64,000 nt of DNA from assembly GCF_000328665.1 (NCBI RefSeq), contig NC_019977.1, forward strand, positions 372,001-436,000, in the 5' to 3' direction. The translations under genes and the position numbers were made by a program. Origin of the DNA: Methanomethylovorans hollandica DSM 15978 (GTDB taxonomy: Archaea; Halobacteriota; Methanosarcinia; Methanosarcinales; Methanosarcinaceae). Positions 1 to 10,596 of the stretch are shown piece after piece. Within the stretch, counting starts at the first letter, position 1. The number at the start of each line of letters is the position of its first letter. The notes beneath the pieces are model-generated. The model ran no database searches and was not told the origin of the DNA. It was given only the letters and a program-made list of their open reading frames with translations.

Positions 1-1
1 T

Positions 2-652
2 ATTGATATTTTACGTCATGATCTGCTAAACCCTGCCACCATTATCAAAGGTTATTCCGAGCTTCTGCTGGAAAGAATAACAACAGATGAAGAAAAATCC
101 ATTATTAAAACAATTTATGCTCAAAACGAGAATCTTATACAGATCATTAATACTGCTTCGATGTTAGGTAAACTTGAAAGCACTGATATGGTGAGTTTTG
201 AGAATCTTGACCTGCTTGATCTGCTTAAGAAAGTTTCCAGCGGGTTTACACCACTGCTGGACAAAAAAGGTATAACAGTAGAGTATCCAGCAAGGGACAG
301 TTGTCCGGCTGATGTAAACCCTATGATCGAGGAAGCCTTTTCTAATCTAATATCCAATGCTATCAAGTTCAGTCCCTATGGAGGCAAGCTTATTTTAGAC
401 ATAGAGGATGCAGGACCTTCATGGAAAATAACGTTCACTGATTTCGGTATGGGGATCAGTGATGAGAACAAGGATGCTATATTCAGAAGATTTAAGCAGG
501 TTTCCACTGAAGGGACTAAAGGAAGCGGGTTGGGTCTTGCTATCGTAAAGAAAATAATAGAACTTCACCATGGAGAAGTTGGTGTGTATGATAATCCTTC
601 GGGTTCTGGTGCTGTTTTCTGGATAAAATTGAATAAAAGACAGTCTTTTTAA
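2..652 (+). CDS. Sensor histidine kinase, C-terminal part (HisKA + HATPase_c); 5' end lies outside the window
   Basis: Frame open from nt 2: H-box ILRHDLLNP, N-box NLISNAIKF, G1 DFGMGI, G2 GSGLGLAI; TAA stop. Confidence 0.9.
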   Translation: MDILRHDLLNPATIIKGYSELLLERITTDEEKSIIKTIYAQNENLIQIINTASMLGKLESTDMVSFENLDLLDLLKKVSSGFTPLLDKKGITVEYPARDSCPADVNPMIEEAFSNLISNAIKFSPYGGKLILDIEDAGPSWKITFTDFGMGISDENKDAIFRRFKQVSTEGTKGSGLGLAIVKKIIELHHGEVGVYDNPSGSGAVFWIKLNKRQSF

Positions 653-905
653 TGTGAGGCACTTCGTCCTCGTTAACTATCATACATTCCATGCCAAAGG
701 GCACTGCTTCCTTTAGCTTGATCATTATACTGAAAGCCTGCGAGTTTACACTGAGGTCATTTACATTTATTCTGGGTATGGTCCTGCTGCCGTAAATGCA
801 ATCATATTTTGTGACCGCTATTTCTTCATCATTTTTCAATGTTCAGGCTGAAACGCTATACTGCTCATCCCTTGTTTCAGCGGTGCTTCACAGCACCATT
901 TTCAT
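650..905 (-). pseudogene. Degraded small ORF of unknown family
   Basis: ATG at 905 is in frame with the 540..839 ORF but is interrupted by two TGA codons; the 3' part runs into the convergent kinase. Confidence 0.25.
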
Positions 906-972
906 GATCTCTTTATTAGGATCGATCTAGACTATTGATATTTTCTTTGTTTTAAGTGTGTTTCTTTTTTAA

Positions 973-1068
973 AGCAATGCCAGTGCCAGGTGGGTGGCAG
1001 CAGGTGCCATAAGGGAGCTTACTGGAGAAAAAGTGCAGCAGAAGCTACAATCCCGGAAAGAAAAGTGA
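973..1068 (+). pseudogene. 3' remnant of a DNA alkylation repair (AlkD-like) gene
   Basis: Translates SNASARWVAAGAIRELTGEKVQQKLQSRKEK*, resembling the AlkD-family C-terminus (ARWIAxDALRELxSExVQ); no start codon, and TAA lies immediately upstream. Confidence 0.5.
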
Positions 1069-1077
1069 GTTTTATAT

Positions 1078-2211
1078 TTATTCATATCGCAGTGCATCCA
1101 GTGGTCTCATCTGGGCAGCTTTCCAGGCAGGATATACACCGCCTGCAACACCTGTAAGTATGCCAAACCCTATTCCCACTATAATATAAGCTAAACTTGA
1201 TGGTGCGAAGAGATAGGATGCCTGTTTCATGATAAGCACGGTTATCAAAAATCCACCTCCAAAACTCAATATTCCTCCAATTAGGCTTGCAGCCGTTCCC
1301 AAAAACAGTGCTTCCAGCAGGAACATCTTGAGCACATCTTTTCTTGAAGCTCCCACCGCTTTCATTATGCCAATTTCGCGGGTGCGCTCCATGGTGGACA
1401 TGAGCATGACGTTAAGAATGCTCACCCCAGCCACAAGCAGGGAAATGGAGCTTATCCCCATCAGGAACAGGGAAATGTATCTGGAGATCTCATCAATACT
1501 TGAAAGGATCGTATTTGTCGCCAAAACGAACACTTCTTCATCTTTCTTGTTGAGCCTGTCCTCGAGGTCAGCTTTGACAATGTCTATCTCATCGATATCC
1601 TTTACCTGGATTATCACATTATTATAACCTTCATCTGTATCCTTATAGACCTTGATGAATGTCTGAGAATCCATAAAAACCGCACTATCGGCACTGATGT
1701 CAAAGCCCATGCCCCGCTCTTTAAGGATGCCTATTACTCTGAACTTAGTATCTTCTACGGTTATTTTTCCACCAATTTTGACATCAAGATCTTCTGCAAG
1801 TCGTGAACCTATCACACAATCCGAAGAGCCACGCTTGTACATGCGGCCTTTTTCCATCTGTACAAGAGTTAAAAGGTCATCACCTCCCATGCCATATACA
1901 TTCGCATAAGCATCCTTATTCTTGTATTCAGCTATTGAACCGCCGGAATGTATGGGTACCAGGTTCTCTATGCCAGCAACCTTATATATTTTTTCAACTT
2001 GTTTTTCAGTGATCGTTGTTCCCCCAAATCCGGGATATACTATAAGTTGATTTCCTACATCTCCCAGAGAATCGGATACTGACATTTTCAGGCTGTTCCC
2101 TAGTATTCCCATGGATGAAATGGCAATTACTCCTATTATGATACCAACAGCTGCAAGGACTGTACGTGCCATATGCCTTCTGAGGTTCCTTTTTGCAAGT
2201 TCGGCATACAT
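1078..2211 (-). CDS. ABC transporter permease, MacB/FtsX family
   Basis: RNLRRHMARTVLAAVGIIIGV TM1, extracytoplasmic domain, ERTREIGIMKAVGA motif, YPAWKAAQMRPLDALRYE end. Confidence 0.93.
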   Translation of the reverse strand: MYAELAKRNLRRHMARTVLAAVGIIIGVIAISSMGILGNSLKMSVSDSLGDVGNQLIVYPGFGGTTITEKQVEKIYKVAGIENLVPIHSGGSIAEYKNKDAYANVYGMGGDDLLTLVQMEKGRMYKRGSSDCVIGSRLAEDLDVKIGGKITVEDTKFRVIGILKERGMGFDISADSAVFMDSQTFIKVYKDTDEGYNNVIIQVKDIDEIDIVKADLEDRLNKKDEEVFVLATNTILSSIDEISRYISLFLMGISSISLLVAGVSILNVMLMSTMERTREIGIMKAVGASRKDVLKMFLLEALFLGTAASLIGGILSFGGGFLITVLIMKQASYLFAPSSLAYIIVGIGFGILTGVAGGVYPAWKAAQMRPLDALRYE

Positions 2212-2227
2212 GTTACGTTTGAAATAC

Positions 2228-2929
2228 CTACTCTGAAGTCCCAAAGATTTCACCATCCCTCAGAACTATGTTTGTATTAGCATATTCTGCTATCTTGATG
2301 TCATGTGTCACAACTATAATGGTAGTCCCATGAGAATTGAGGTTACTGAGAAGTTCCATTACACTTTTTCCGGTCTTTGTATCGAGATTTCCTGTAGGCT
2401 CATCTGCTAAAAGGATAGGTGGGGAATTGGCCAGTGCCCTGGCGATGGCAACTCTTTGTTGCTGCCCTCCTGAAAGTTCACTGGGTTTGTGCTCTGCAAA
2501 TTCCGGACCAAGGTTCGCCCTTCTTAAAAACTCCATACCCCTTTTACGGCGCTCTTGTTCCGGGATACCTGTGAAGATCATAGGCATTTCAACATTCTCC
2601 AATGCAGTGAGAGTAGGGATGAGGTTGAATTGCTGAAAAATGAAACCGATATTATTTCTTCTGATCTCTGTAAGCTGTTCATCGTTAAGAAGAGACAGGT
2701 CCGTACCATTGATCTTCACTGTACCTTCAGTGGGCTGGTCAAGGCAACCTATGAGGTTAAGCATTGTGGATTTCCCAGACCCTGAAGATCCCATAATGGT
2801 CACAAAGTCACCTCGTTCAATTGAAAGACTGACACCGTTCAGAGCATATATTCTGCTTGTTCCAAGCTGGTATATTTTCTTCACATCAGTAAGCTGGACG
2901 ATAGGACCTTGCATGTATGCCCCGTTCAT
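2228..2929 (-). CDS. ABC transporter ATP-binding protein, LolD/MacB-type
   Basis: Walker [30 protein letters not shown]; the ATG at 2929 overlaps the upstream TGA (ATGA); ends in TAG. Confidence 0.95.
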   Translation of the reverse strand: MNGAYMQGPIVQLTDVKKIYQLGTSRIYALNGVSLSIERGDFVTIMGSSGSGKSTMLNLIGCLDQPTEGTVKINGTDLSLLNDEQLTEIRRNNIGFIFQQFNLIPTLTALENVEMPMIFTGIPEQERRKRGMEFLRRANLGPEFAEHKPSELSGGQQQRVAIARALANSPPILLADEPTGNLDTKTGKSVMELLSNLNSHGTTIIVVTHDIKIAEYANTNIVLRDGEIFGTSE

Positions 2930-4149
2930 TCTGAGTTTTTGCGCTTCTTCCAGGAATATGCTATAATGCCCATCACCGCGATACATATGACAGCAACAAG
3001 GCCTATCATTGCGATGGAGTTTCCTCGGCTGGCGTTAGATGCAGGCACCATTTCTTTTTGCAGGGCGATGTTCTCATTTATATATGCATAGGAATTGTTA
3101 GCATTTCTGAACTCAATAAGTAAGGGTATTTCTTCCGCATTGCTTTCCTGTGTGGAAGCAGATAACTCGAAACTGCTGAAGTCATCACTTTCAAGGGTGC
3201 CGACAAAGTATTTTTCATATGGCTGTACAGGTGTGATGTTTTCAGTTGCCATTACTGAGATCATGACATTCTTTGCATCGGTTGTCCCGAAATTGTTAAT
3301 GTCTCCAGAAATAGTATACACATTTCCTATTCTATCTATCTCTATGGCCGACAGTATGAGTGAGGATTGGTCTACTACTTGTACAGTATAGTTCGCATCG
3401 GAAGAGATATGCAGGTTGTCTCCATTGAAATACGTAGTAGAGAATTGTATTTCTTTATTGCCTTTTTCGGATGTCATGGTGTTCAGGGTGAAAGTTGCTG
3501 TGGATTTATTTCCTCCATTGATAGTACCTACAAAGGCATTGGCAGGAAAGAACTTGATGTCTTCTCCTTTCGGAGTGACTATAACACCTGTGATCTCATT
3601 GGGTCTTAAGTTCACGACCTCCACATTCACTATAGAATATTCTTTCATGAGTGTTGGCGGCATATCGGATACAATTATCTTCAGGTCCCGATCATCAACT
3701 TTTACAGGTATCCTGTAGTTGAGGTTGTACATGTTACTTCCACCTATTACTTCAAGTTCCAGGAAATGCATGCCGTTGGAAGCATTTTCGTTTGCCTGTA
3801 TATTGAAAGTAAGTCGGATGTAATCTCCTGGTCCAAGTAATCCCACATTTGTCTGTCTTCCGTCCAGGATATTAATGTCTTTGTTACCTTTAAGATTGGC
3901 ATTTGCTATGTAGGCGTTCATATCAAAAGTTTCGTCATTCTCCTGGACGTATACCTCACCTGAAGCCATGTTCCTCAGTTCCACAGTCACTGTACCTGTA
4001 TCCCCTGGCATGAGTACTCCAGGTTCGACCGAATAGTTCACGGTGATGGTGGGTCGGATCTCGGTATCTGCGTTTGCGTGCGGTAAGCACATGGCCAATA
4101 GGACAAAGAAAAATATGATCTTTCTCATGCTATCATTTTCTTTGTTCAT
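2926..4149 (-). CDS. COG1361/CARDB-like surface protein
   Basis: Signal peptide, EPGVLMPGDTGTVTVEL Ig-like beta repeats, C-terminal TM helix with basic tail. Confidence 0.8.
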   Translation of the reverse strand: MNKENDSMRKIIFFFVLLAMCLPHANADTEIRPTITVNYSVEPGVLMPGDTGTVTVELRNMASGEVYVQENDETFDMNAYIANANLKGNKDINILDGRQTNVGLLGPGDYIRLTFNIQANENASNGMHFLELEVIGGSNMYNLNYRIPVKVDDRDLKIIVSDMPPTLMKEYSIVNVEVVNLRPNEITGVIVTPKGEDIKFFPANAFVGTINGGNKSTATFTLNTMTSEKGNKEIQFSTTYFNGDNLHISSDANYTVQVVDQSSLILSAIEIDRIGNVYTISGDINNFGTTDAKNVMISVMATENITPVQPYEKYFVGTLESDDFSSFELSASTQESNAEEIPLLIEFRNANNSYAYINENIALQKEMVPASNASRGNSIAMIGLVAVICIAVMGIIAYSWKKRKNSE

Positions 4150-4151
4150 CT

Positions 4152-4778
4152 TTAATTGAATGCCTTGCTTAGTGTATAGATCATATAGATCGTATACAAT
4201 CCAATTGGCACTCCTACAGCGATGAGGGCATTTTTTACTGTAAGGTTTCTTGAGTACATAATAGCGAACACCCATATGTTCGCACTCCATAGAGTAAGGA
4301 GAATTCCTATTACAGTGGAAGCCATTATGTAAGGGTCTGAAAGCATGGCTTTTTCCAAAATTGCTGGATCCTGTATGGAAAAATCGAGTGAAGAATAAGC
4401 TTTGTTAGTCAAAAAAAGGCTAATAACAGAACTCATTATTGAAGGCAGGAATCCGTAGGCAACAAACTCAAGCACCCTTTTGAAATTTCCCTGCCCACCC
4501 AAAAACGATGAGATTAGATAAAATATACCGCCGTATATCACCCACATAATGAATACAACTATAATAGCAAATATAGCACCAATGGCCATCCCTATCTGGG
4601 TCACGGCTGCCACATCACTCGGCAGGCTCCCTATCACCTTGCTTGCAACTATATAGGCACTGATGGCAGATATAAGGGCCATTGCTCCCAGTATCGCGAG
4701 AGGTTGTTTTAGATCAACCTCTTCTTTTGTCTTCTTTTCAAAGAATCCGCTAGGATTGGTAAGAACTTCCAGCATCAT
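4152..4778 (-). CDS. Yip1-family membrane protein
   Basis: LTNPSGFF N-terminal motif, about 5 TM helices, GNFKRVLEFVAYGFLP. Confidence 0.85.
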   Translation of the reverse strand: MMLEVLTNPSGFFEKKTKEEVDLKQPLAILGAMALISAISAYIVASKVIGSLPSDVAAVTQIGMAIGAIFAIIVVFIMWVIYGGIFYLISSFLGGQGNFKRVLEFVAYGFLPSIMSSVISLFLTNKAYSSLDFSIQDPAILEKAMLSDPYIMASTVIGILLTLWSANIWVFAIMYSRNLTVKNALIAVGVPIGLYTIYMIYTLSKAFN

Positions 4779-5029
4779 ATACACCTTTTATCTTGCTAAA
4801 CTAGTTTTATATAATAAACGTCTCCTTATTAATACTTTTTATTAATGCAGTTTATTAAACTGATTTATGTAAAAAATATATTTTTAACTCAATCATATAG
4901 TGTGTTAATTAATATCTGGAATCTAAAAAGAAGTTTCACTCTTTTGTTTCTTATCTGCACGCTAATATATAGTGTAAAATAATAGAAAAGATATTCAATG
5001 ATCTTTGCAACCATTATTCCTTTTTGCTA

Positions 5030-5656
5030 TCATCCAAGTGCCAGATACACTGTATAAAGCATATATGCCAGGTAAAATCCCAGTGGTATTCCTACAGTGA
5101 TCAGAGCATTCCTGGTAGTAAGGTCTCGGGAGTGGATCATAGCAAAAACCCATATGTTTGCACTCCACAAGGTCATGATAATGCTAACGAAATTAGAGGC
5201 TATCATGTATGTACTTTTGAGCATGGTCTGTTCTATAGCCAGTGGGTCATTTGTTGCAAAGTTTGTGAAATGGCACATTCCTGTCATCAGTACCAGGCTA
5301 ATAGCAAAACTTAAGATCAAAGGCAGGAATCCATAGGCTACAAACTCAAGGACCCTTGTGAAATACCCTTTTCCCAAAAAGAGCGACGATAAAGCATAGA
5401 ATAAACCACTGGTTATCAGCCATCCGGCTATTCCTGAGCCCATGATGGATATTAATCCAAAAGTTATCACAATTAGCTGTGCAATGTTAGGTATATCTTC
5501 CAGCAGATTTCCCATCAATTTTTCCGTCAATACAAAAGCATTGGCCAGGATGAGAAGCGACAATATACCAATTATAGCATAAGGTGGCTTTAGATCAATT
5601 CTATCTCTGATCTTTTTTTCAAAGAACCTATTCGGATCGGTAAGGACTTGCAGCAT
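5030..5656 (-). CDS. Yip1-family membrane protein (paralog of 4152..4778)
   Basis: LTDPNRFF; shares RVLEFVAYGFLP and TLWSANIWVFA with its neighbour. Confidence 0.85.
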   Translation of the reverse strand: MLQVLTDPNRFFEKKIRDRIDLKPPYAIIGILSLLILANAFVLTEKLMGNLLEDIPNIAQLIVITFGLISIMGSGIAGWLITSGLFYALSSLFLGKGYFTRVLEFVAYGFLPLILSFAISLVLMTGMCHFTNFATNDPLAIEQTMLKSTYMIASNFVSIIMTLWSANIWVFAMIHSRDLTTRNALITVGIPLGFYLAYMLYTVYLALG

Positions 5657-5817
5657 TGTTTTTTCACTCTATTAAAAGAACCATTTACAACAATCATCTT
5701 GTTGTACACGTTTCTTGTTAACTCTTTTTGTTACATCTTTTTTCCAAGGATATATATAGATTTGGCCTTATATACTTGTGTGTTTACTTTCCAGATCCTT
5801 CAAATGGAGTTGAGAGC

Positions 5818-6513
5818 TTGAATAGTGCAATATCACAGAATGGTAATCCTATCATTGAACTGAGGGATCTGTGTAAGAGTTACTGGGCAGGTAATATGGA
5901 GATCCCGATACTCAAGAGTATTAATATGAAAGTTTTTCCAGGTGAGTTTCTGGCCATAATGGGTCCATCGGGTTCAGGGAAAAGTACCCTTATGAACATG
6001 ATAGGATGCCTTGACAGGCCTACCTGCGGGCAGGTGGTACTCATGGGCCAGGACATCAATACAATATCTGACACGGAGCTTGCACAATTAAGGGGTCTTG
6101 AGATCGGTTTTGTATTCCAGAACTTCAATCTTGTTCCCAGGTTATCCGCGGCCCAGAATATTCTACTCCCTACCTATGCCAATACAAAAAATGGTACAGA
6201 ACCTGCTAAACGGGCAAATGAGCTGATTAAGCTTGTGGGGCTTGAAGATCGCCGTAACAACCGGCCTTCTGAACTTTCGGGAGGACAGCAACAGCGTGTG
6301 GCTATAGCCCGGGCTTTGATCAACGATCCATCTATAATTCTGGCGGACGAACCTACAGGGAACCTTGATAGCAAGACCGGATTAGAGGTCATGGAAATGT
6401 TCAAGGACCTTAATGCAAAAGGAAGGACCATTATAATGATCACTCATGATGACAATATCGCAAGCTATGCTGACAGAGTGGTATACTTGAAAGATGGTGT
6501 TCTTAATAACTAG
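5818..6513 (+). CDS. ABC transporter ATP-binding protein, LolD/MacB-type
   Basis: [32 protein letters not shown] start after GGAG; ends in TAG. Confidence 0.95.
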   Translation: MNSAISQNGNPIIELRDLCKSYWAGNMEIPILKSINMKVFPGEFLAIMGPSGSGKSTLMNMIGCLDRPTCGQVVLMGQDINTISDTELAQLRGLEIGFVFQNFNLVPRLSAAQNILLPTYANTKNGTEPAKRANELIKLVGLEDRRNNRPSELSGGQQQRVAIARALINDPSIILADEPTGNLDSKTGLEVMEMFKDLNAKGRTIIMITHDDNIASYADRVVYLKDGVLNN

Positions 6514-6536
6514 GCGGTGTTAATATCAGAACAATT

Positions 6537-7739
6537 TTGAAATATCTTTGCTTAATCCTTGTTTCATGCTTACTTTCAACGGGAGTTGCATGTGCAGCTT
6601 CAGGTTCAGCTCTTAGTGTCAGTGTCCTTAAATATGAACCAGTGCCTGCAGAGATCGGTAAGTATGTTGACATCTGGATCAAGGTAGAGAACATAGGTTC
6701 AGGTAAATCCGAGGACCTTTCCATAAAAATGGTCCCTGAGTATCCCTTGTCTCTGGATTCAGAAGCTAATGCCCTTGAAAATATTGGTATACTTAGTCCA
6801 AAAAGTGCGGCAGTACACAAATACAGATTATTTGTGGACGAAGACTCAAAACAAGGCGTTGCCTCCTTTGACATCCAATACCAGAAAGAAAAGGATGGTG
6901 CCTGGGTCGAGGAGACCTTTGAGATCACTGTAGGTTCTACAGCCTTTAACAGCAAAGGTAATGTCCAGATAGAAGGCGATCCCGTAAAAGAACCGGAAGT
7001 TTTTATGCCTGGTGACACCGGCACTATTACGTTCACTCTTAAAAACAGTGCAAATGCATATTCTGTGACCATCAATGGTGAGGACTTCGATACCAATGCC
7101 CGGGTACAATCTGCTTCTTTGAAAGGGACAGATGGTATAACCGTAGCTACTGATACCTATTATGGAAATGGCATCCTGGGTCCGGGTGAATTGATGGTCC
7201 TTACATACAATATAAAAGTTGATGAAAATTTGTCAGATGGTACTTATTATCTTGATTTTTCAACAATAGGCAGTTCTCATTCGTACAATAACAACTGGCG
7301 TATTCCTTTAAAGGTTGATTCCTCGTCTGTGCGCATTGTTCCTTCTAAACCTCTTAAACTGGAGGACGGACAAGGAACTCTGGAGTTCGATGTAGCTAAT
7401 ATACATCCGAATAAACTGTCATCGGTAAGTGTCAGGCTGGAAGCAGAGGATGTGGATTTTTCTCCTGCTGAATACTTCATTGGTTCCATGAATTCGGATG
7501 AACTTTTTACCATGCAGATCTACGGGGAAACATCTTCTGATAACTCCTCCCAGGAAGTAAAGATCATCGCAAATTACAGGAATGGCCTTAACGAACATGA
7601 AGAGCTTATCGGTGTGAGGGAATTACAACTGGAAACTGCAAAGAAATCAAGTAATATCGGTTCTCTGGCCTTGGTGTTTCTTGTTGCCGTTCTTGCAGGT
7701 GCCGGCTACTTTATATATAATCGCAGGAAACAAAAGTGA
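6537..7739 (+). CDS. COG1361/CARDB-like surface protein
   Basis: Signal peptide, YEPVPAEIGKYVDIWIKVEN and EPEVFMPGDTG repeats, C-terminal TM helix + RRKQK. Confidence 0.8.
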   Translation: MKYLCLILVSCLLSTGVACAASGSALSVSVLKYEPVPAEIGKYVDIWIKVENIGSGKSEDLSIKMVPEYPLSLDSEANALENIGILSPKSAAVHKYRLFVDEDSKQGVASFDIQYQKEKDGAWVEETFEITVGSTAFNSKGNVQIEGDPVKEPEVFMPGDTGTITFTLKNSANAYSVTINGEDFDTNARVQSASLKGTDGITVATDTYYGNGILGPGELMVLTYNIKVDENLSDGTYYLDFSTIGSSHSYNNNWRIPLKVDSSSVRIVPSKPLKLEDGQGTLEFDVANIHPNKLSSVSVRLEAEDVDFSPAEYFIGSMNSDELFTMQIYGETSSDNSSQEVKIIANYRNGLNEHEELIGVRELQLETAKKSSNIGSLALVFLVAVLAGAGYFIYNRRKQK

Positions 7740-7747
7740 GGCATTAA

Positions 7748-8962
7748 ATGATAAGCCTCCGGCGATCCATTGATCTCTCTATAGGCAGTATCAGCAGCTC
7801 AAAGATGCGATCTGTCCTTACTACTCTGGGAATCATTATCGGAGTAGCTGCTGTCATAGCTAATGTGTCTCTAGGTGCCAGTTTTAATGAGTTTTTCAAT
7901 GATGAGATCGGTGCTGTCGGTTCAAATTTTATAGTGATCTACAGTCAGGGGGTCAATGTCTTTTTTGATAAGGAAATTGATCTGATCAGGAACACTCCGG
8001 GGGTAGAAGGTGTTTCTCCGGTCAATCAACAAATGGCCAGGGTCACTTATCTCTCAACTTCCAGGCAGATAGATATACAGGGTGTTATAGAGGATTATGG
8101 GGAAGTTGCTAATTTAAAAATGGATGCAGGGAGTTTTCTTAGTGATAAGGACCAATTTGTTGCAGTATTAGGGTCTGAGGTTGCTTATGAGAAGTTCGAT
8201 AAGAAGGTCTCTGTAAAGAATCCCATTGAAATTACATTCAGAAGAGAGGATGGGGGAGTAGTCACACAAAAGTTCATAGTAAAAGGCATAATACAGGATC
8301 CTAACACTGCTTTTGTGCAGACTGGCGTGGAGCCAGAGATCAGGATATTTATTCCCATAAACACCATGAACCAGATGCTTGGAAAAGATGATTATGGTGG
8401 TTTTTTCATAAAGGCGTCAAGTCTGGATACAGTACGCGAAACTGCTGATGAGATCGATAATCGTCTGGCCAGGAATCTGGGAGTATCTACCAGGGAACTG
8501 GAAAACGATGATACAAAACCCTATGTCATGTTCGATCAAATAGATGCCATAGAGCAGACCGACCAGGTTTCTACGGCCCTTACTTCTCTATTGACCTCTG
8601 TAGCCTTAATATCTCTCATAGTGGGTTCCATAGGCATCATGAATATCATGCTGGTAACAGTAACCGAAAGGACAAGGGAGATTGGTCTTATGAAGTCGCT
8701 TGGATATACCAGGAAGGATGTACTTACCCTGTTCTTGATAGAATCCACAATATTAAGTCTTCTAGGTGGCATATGTGGTACTGCCCTGGGTATCGGTGTT
8801 GCGTTCATTGCAAACTATTTCCTTGATCTGCCTAATGTATTTCCGGTGAACCAGATTCTCATCGGCTTTATTGTATCGATTTTAGTCGGTTTGGTGGCAG
8901 GTATATACCCTGCTAATAAAGCAGCGCAGATGGATCCAGTGGAGGCTTTCAGGCATGAGTGA
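7748..8962 (+). CDS. ABC transporter permease, MacB/FtsX family
   Basis: RSVLTTLGIIIGVAAVI, GIMNIMLVTVTERTREIGLMKSLG. Confidence 0.93.
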   Translation: MISLRRSIDLSIGSISSSKMRSVLTTLGIIIGVAAVIANVSLGASFNEFFNDEIGAVGSNFIVIYSQGVNVFFDKEIDLIRNTPGVEGVSPVNQQMARVTYLSTSRQIDIQGVIEDYGEVANLKMDAGSFLSDKDQFVAVLGSEVAYEKFDKKVSVKNPIEITFRREDGGVVTQKFIVKGIIQDPNTAFVQTGVEPEIRIFIPINTMNQMLGKDDYGGFFIKASSLDTVRETADEIDNRLARNLGVSTRELENDDTKPYVMFDQIDAIEQTDQVSTALTSLLTSVALISLIVGSIGIMNIMLVTVTERTREIGLMKSLGYTRKDVLTLFLIESTILSLLGGICGTALGIGVAFIANYFLDLPNVFPVNQILIGFIVSILVGLVAGIYPANKAAQMDPVEAFRHE

Positions 8963-10188
8963 GGTGTCATATATTGGTTAACATGAGACAGGCTCTGGAT
9001 CTGGGCATGGGAAGTATCAACTATGCAAAGCTTCGCTCTGCTCTTACAACATTGGGTATCATTATCGGGGTAGCAGCAGTTGTAGCAAATGTTTCCCTTG
9101 GAGCTAGCTTTAATCAGTTCTTTACCGATGAACTTGGAACACAGGGGTCCAATTTCATTGTCATATACAGTCAGGATGTGAACATTCTCCATGAAAATGA
9201 ACTTAATATTGTCAGGAACACTCCTGGTGTGGAGGGGGTTTCGCCCAGTAAAGGGCAAATGGCTGCTGTAACATTTATTTCTTCTAAAAGGCAGATAGAC
9301 GTCCAGGGTGTATCCCAGGATGCTGAGAATATATTGAATCTCCAGCTCGAAGAAGGTAATTTTCTTACTGACAAGGATAAATATATAGCTGTATTGGGCT
9401 GGAAAGTTGCCAATGAGAAGTTCAACCGTAACATTTCAATTAACAATTATATAGATATTACTTTTACAAGAGTGGATGGTTCCAGTATAACTCAGAAATT
9501 CAAGGTAAAAGGCATTCTAGGATCTCCGGAGAATACTTTTGTTCAGGGCGGTCCTGACCGGGATATCACGATATACATACCTATCGCTACTATGAATGAG
9601 CTGCTCAACGTTTCTGATTACGGGGGCATAACAGCCAAGACCAGCAGCGCCGAATCTGTAAGCGCTGTTTCAGATGAGGTTGACCGAAGGCTGGCACGAA
9701 CTCTTGGTGTTTCTGCAAGGGACATTGATAACGATGATGTGAAGCCTTACAGGATCTTCAATCAGGCGGAGATCATCGAGCAATTGAATCAACTTTCAAA
9801 CACGCTTACGATCCTCATAACCTTAGTTGCACTCGTGGCTCTGATAGTGGGTTCCATAGGTATCATGAACATAATGCTTGTCACAGTTACTGAAAGGACA
9901 AGGGAGATAGGTCTTATGAAGTCTTTAGGTTTTAAGAAGGCCGATATTCTTTTACTTTTTATTGTAGAATCCACTCTTTTAGGCACAATAGGGGGCGTTT
10001 TTGGAGTACTTCTTGGGGTTGTGGGCTCTTACACGGTGGAAAGTTATCTGTCTATTCCTCGTGTTTTCCCACCATATTTGATCCTGATGGGTTTTAGTAT
10101 TGCTTTTGTTGTAGGTCTGGTCGCCGGTGTATATCCTGCTAACAAAGCAGCATCCATGGATCCTGTAGAAGCACTAAGGCACGAGTGA
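8959..10188 (+). CDS. ABC transporter permease, MacB/FtsX family (tandem paralog)
   Basis: Same motifs as the preceding gene; the true start may be 8974 (TTG) or 8983 (ATG). Confidence 0.93.
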   Translation: MRCHILVNMRQALDLGMGSINYAKLRSALTTLGIIIGVAAVVANVSLGASFNQFFTDELGTQGSNFIVIYSQDVNILHENELNIVRNTPGVEGVSPSKGQMAAVTFISSKRQIDVQGVSQDAENILNLQLEEGNFLTDKDKYIAVLGWKVANEKFNRNISINNYIDITFTRVDGSSITQKFKVKGILGSPENTFVQGGPDRDITIYIPIATMNELLNVSDYGGITAKTSSAESVSAVSDEVDRRLARTLGVSARDIDNDDVKPYRIFNQAEIIEQLNQLSNTLTILITLVALVALIVGSIGIMNIMLVTVTERTREIGLMKSLGFKKADILLLFIVESTLLGTIGGVFGVLLGVVGSYTVESYLSIPRVFPPYLILMGFSIAFVVGLVAGVYPANKAASMDPVEALRHE

Positions 10189-10245
10189 ACAAATGTTTTG
10201 GTTTTAAATAGAACTGTTCATATCTTTCCTATAAGAGGTGAAAAT

Positions 10246-10563
10246 ATGCTAGTTACTACTACAAACGTTGTGAATGGTAAGGAACTGGAGATACTGGGAG
10301 TAGTTTTTGGTAATACTGTGCGTGCAAAGAATATCGGGAGCGATATTGCTGCGGGTCTGCAGAATTTAGTAGGTGGGGAATTGAAAGGTTATTCTGATCT
10401 GCTTTCACAATCCAGAAAAGAATCATTACAGAGAATGGTGGAGGAAGCAGAGAAACTGGATGCAGATGCGGTTGTAAATATACGCTTCACCACCTCTCAG
10501 ATCATGGCAGGAGCAGCAGAACTACTGGCTTACGGGACCGCTGTAAAGTTTAAAAGGATATGA
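10246..10563 (+). CDS. YbjQ/UPF0145 family protein
   Basis: LGVVFGNTVRAKNIG...GGELKGY...ADAVVNIRF...AYGTAV. Confidence 0.9.
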   Translation: MLVTTTNVVNGKELEILGVVFGNTVRAKNIGSDIAAGLQNLVGGELKGYSDLLSQSRKESLQRMVEEAEKLDADAVVNIRFTTSQIMAGAAELLAYGTAVKFKRI

Positions 10564-10596
10564 ATTTCCGGCTCATATCCTATTTCGGGACCTTGC

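Noticed and set aside
650..905. In-frame TGA codons as possible selenocysteine
   Set aside because: No recognisable selenoprotein family or SECIS element, and Methanosarcinaceae are not known to use Sec; a pseudogene is more likely
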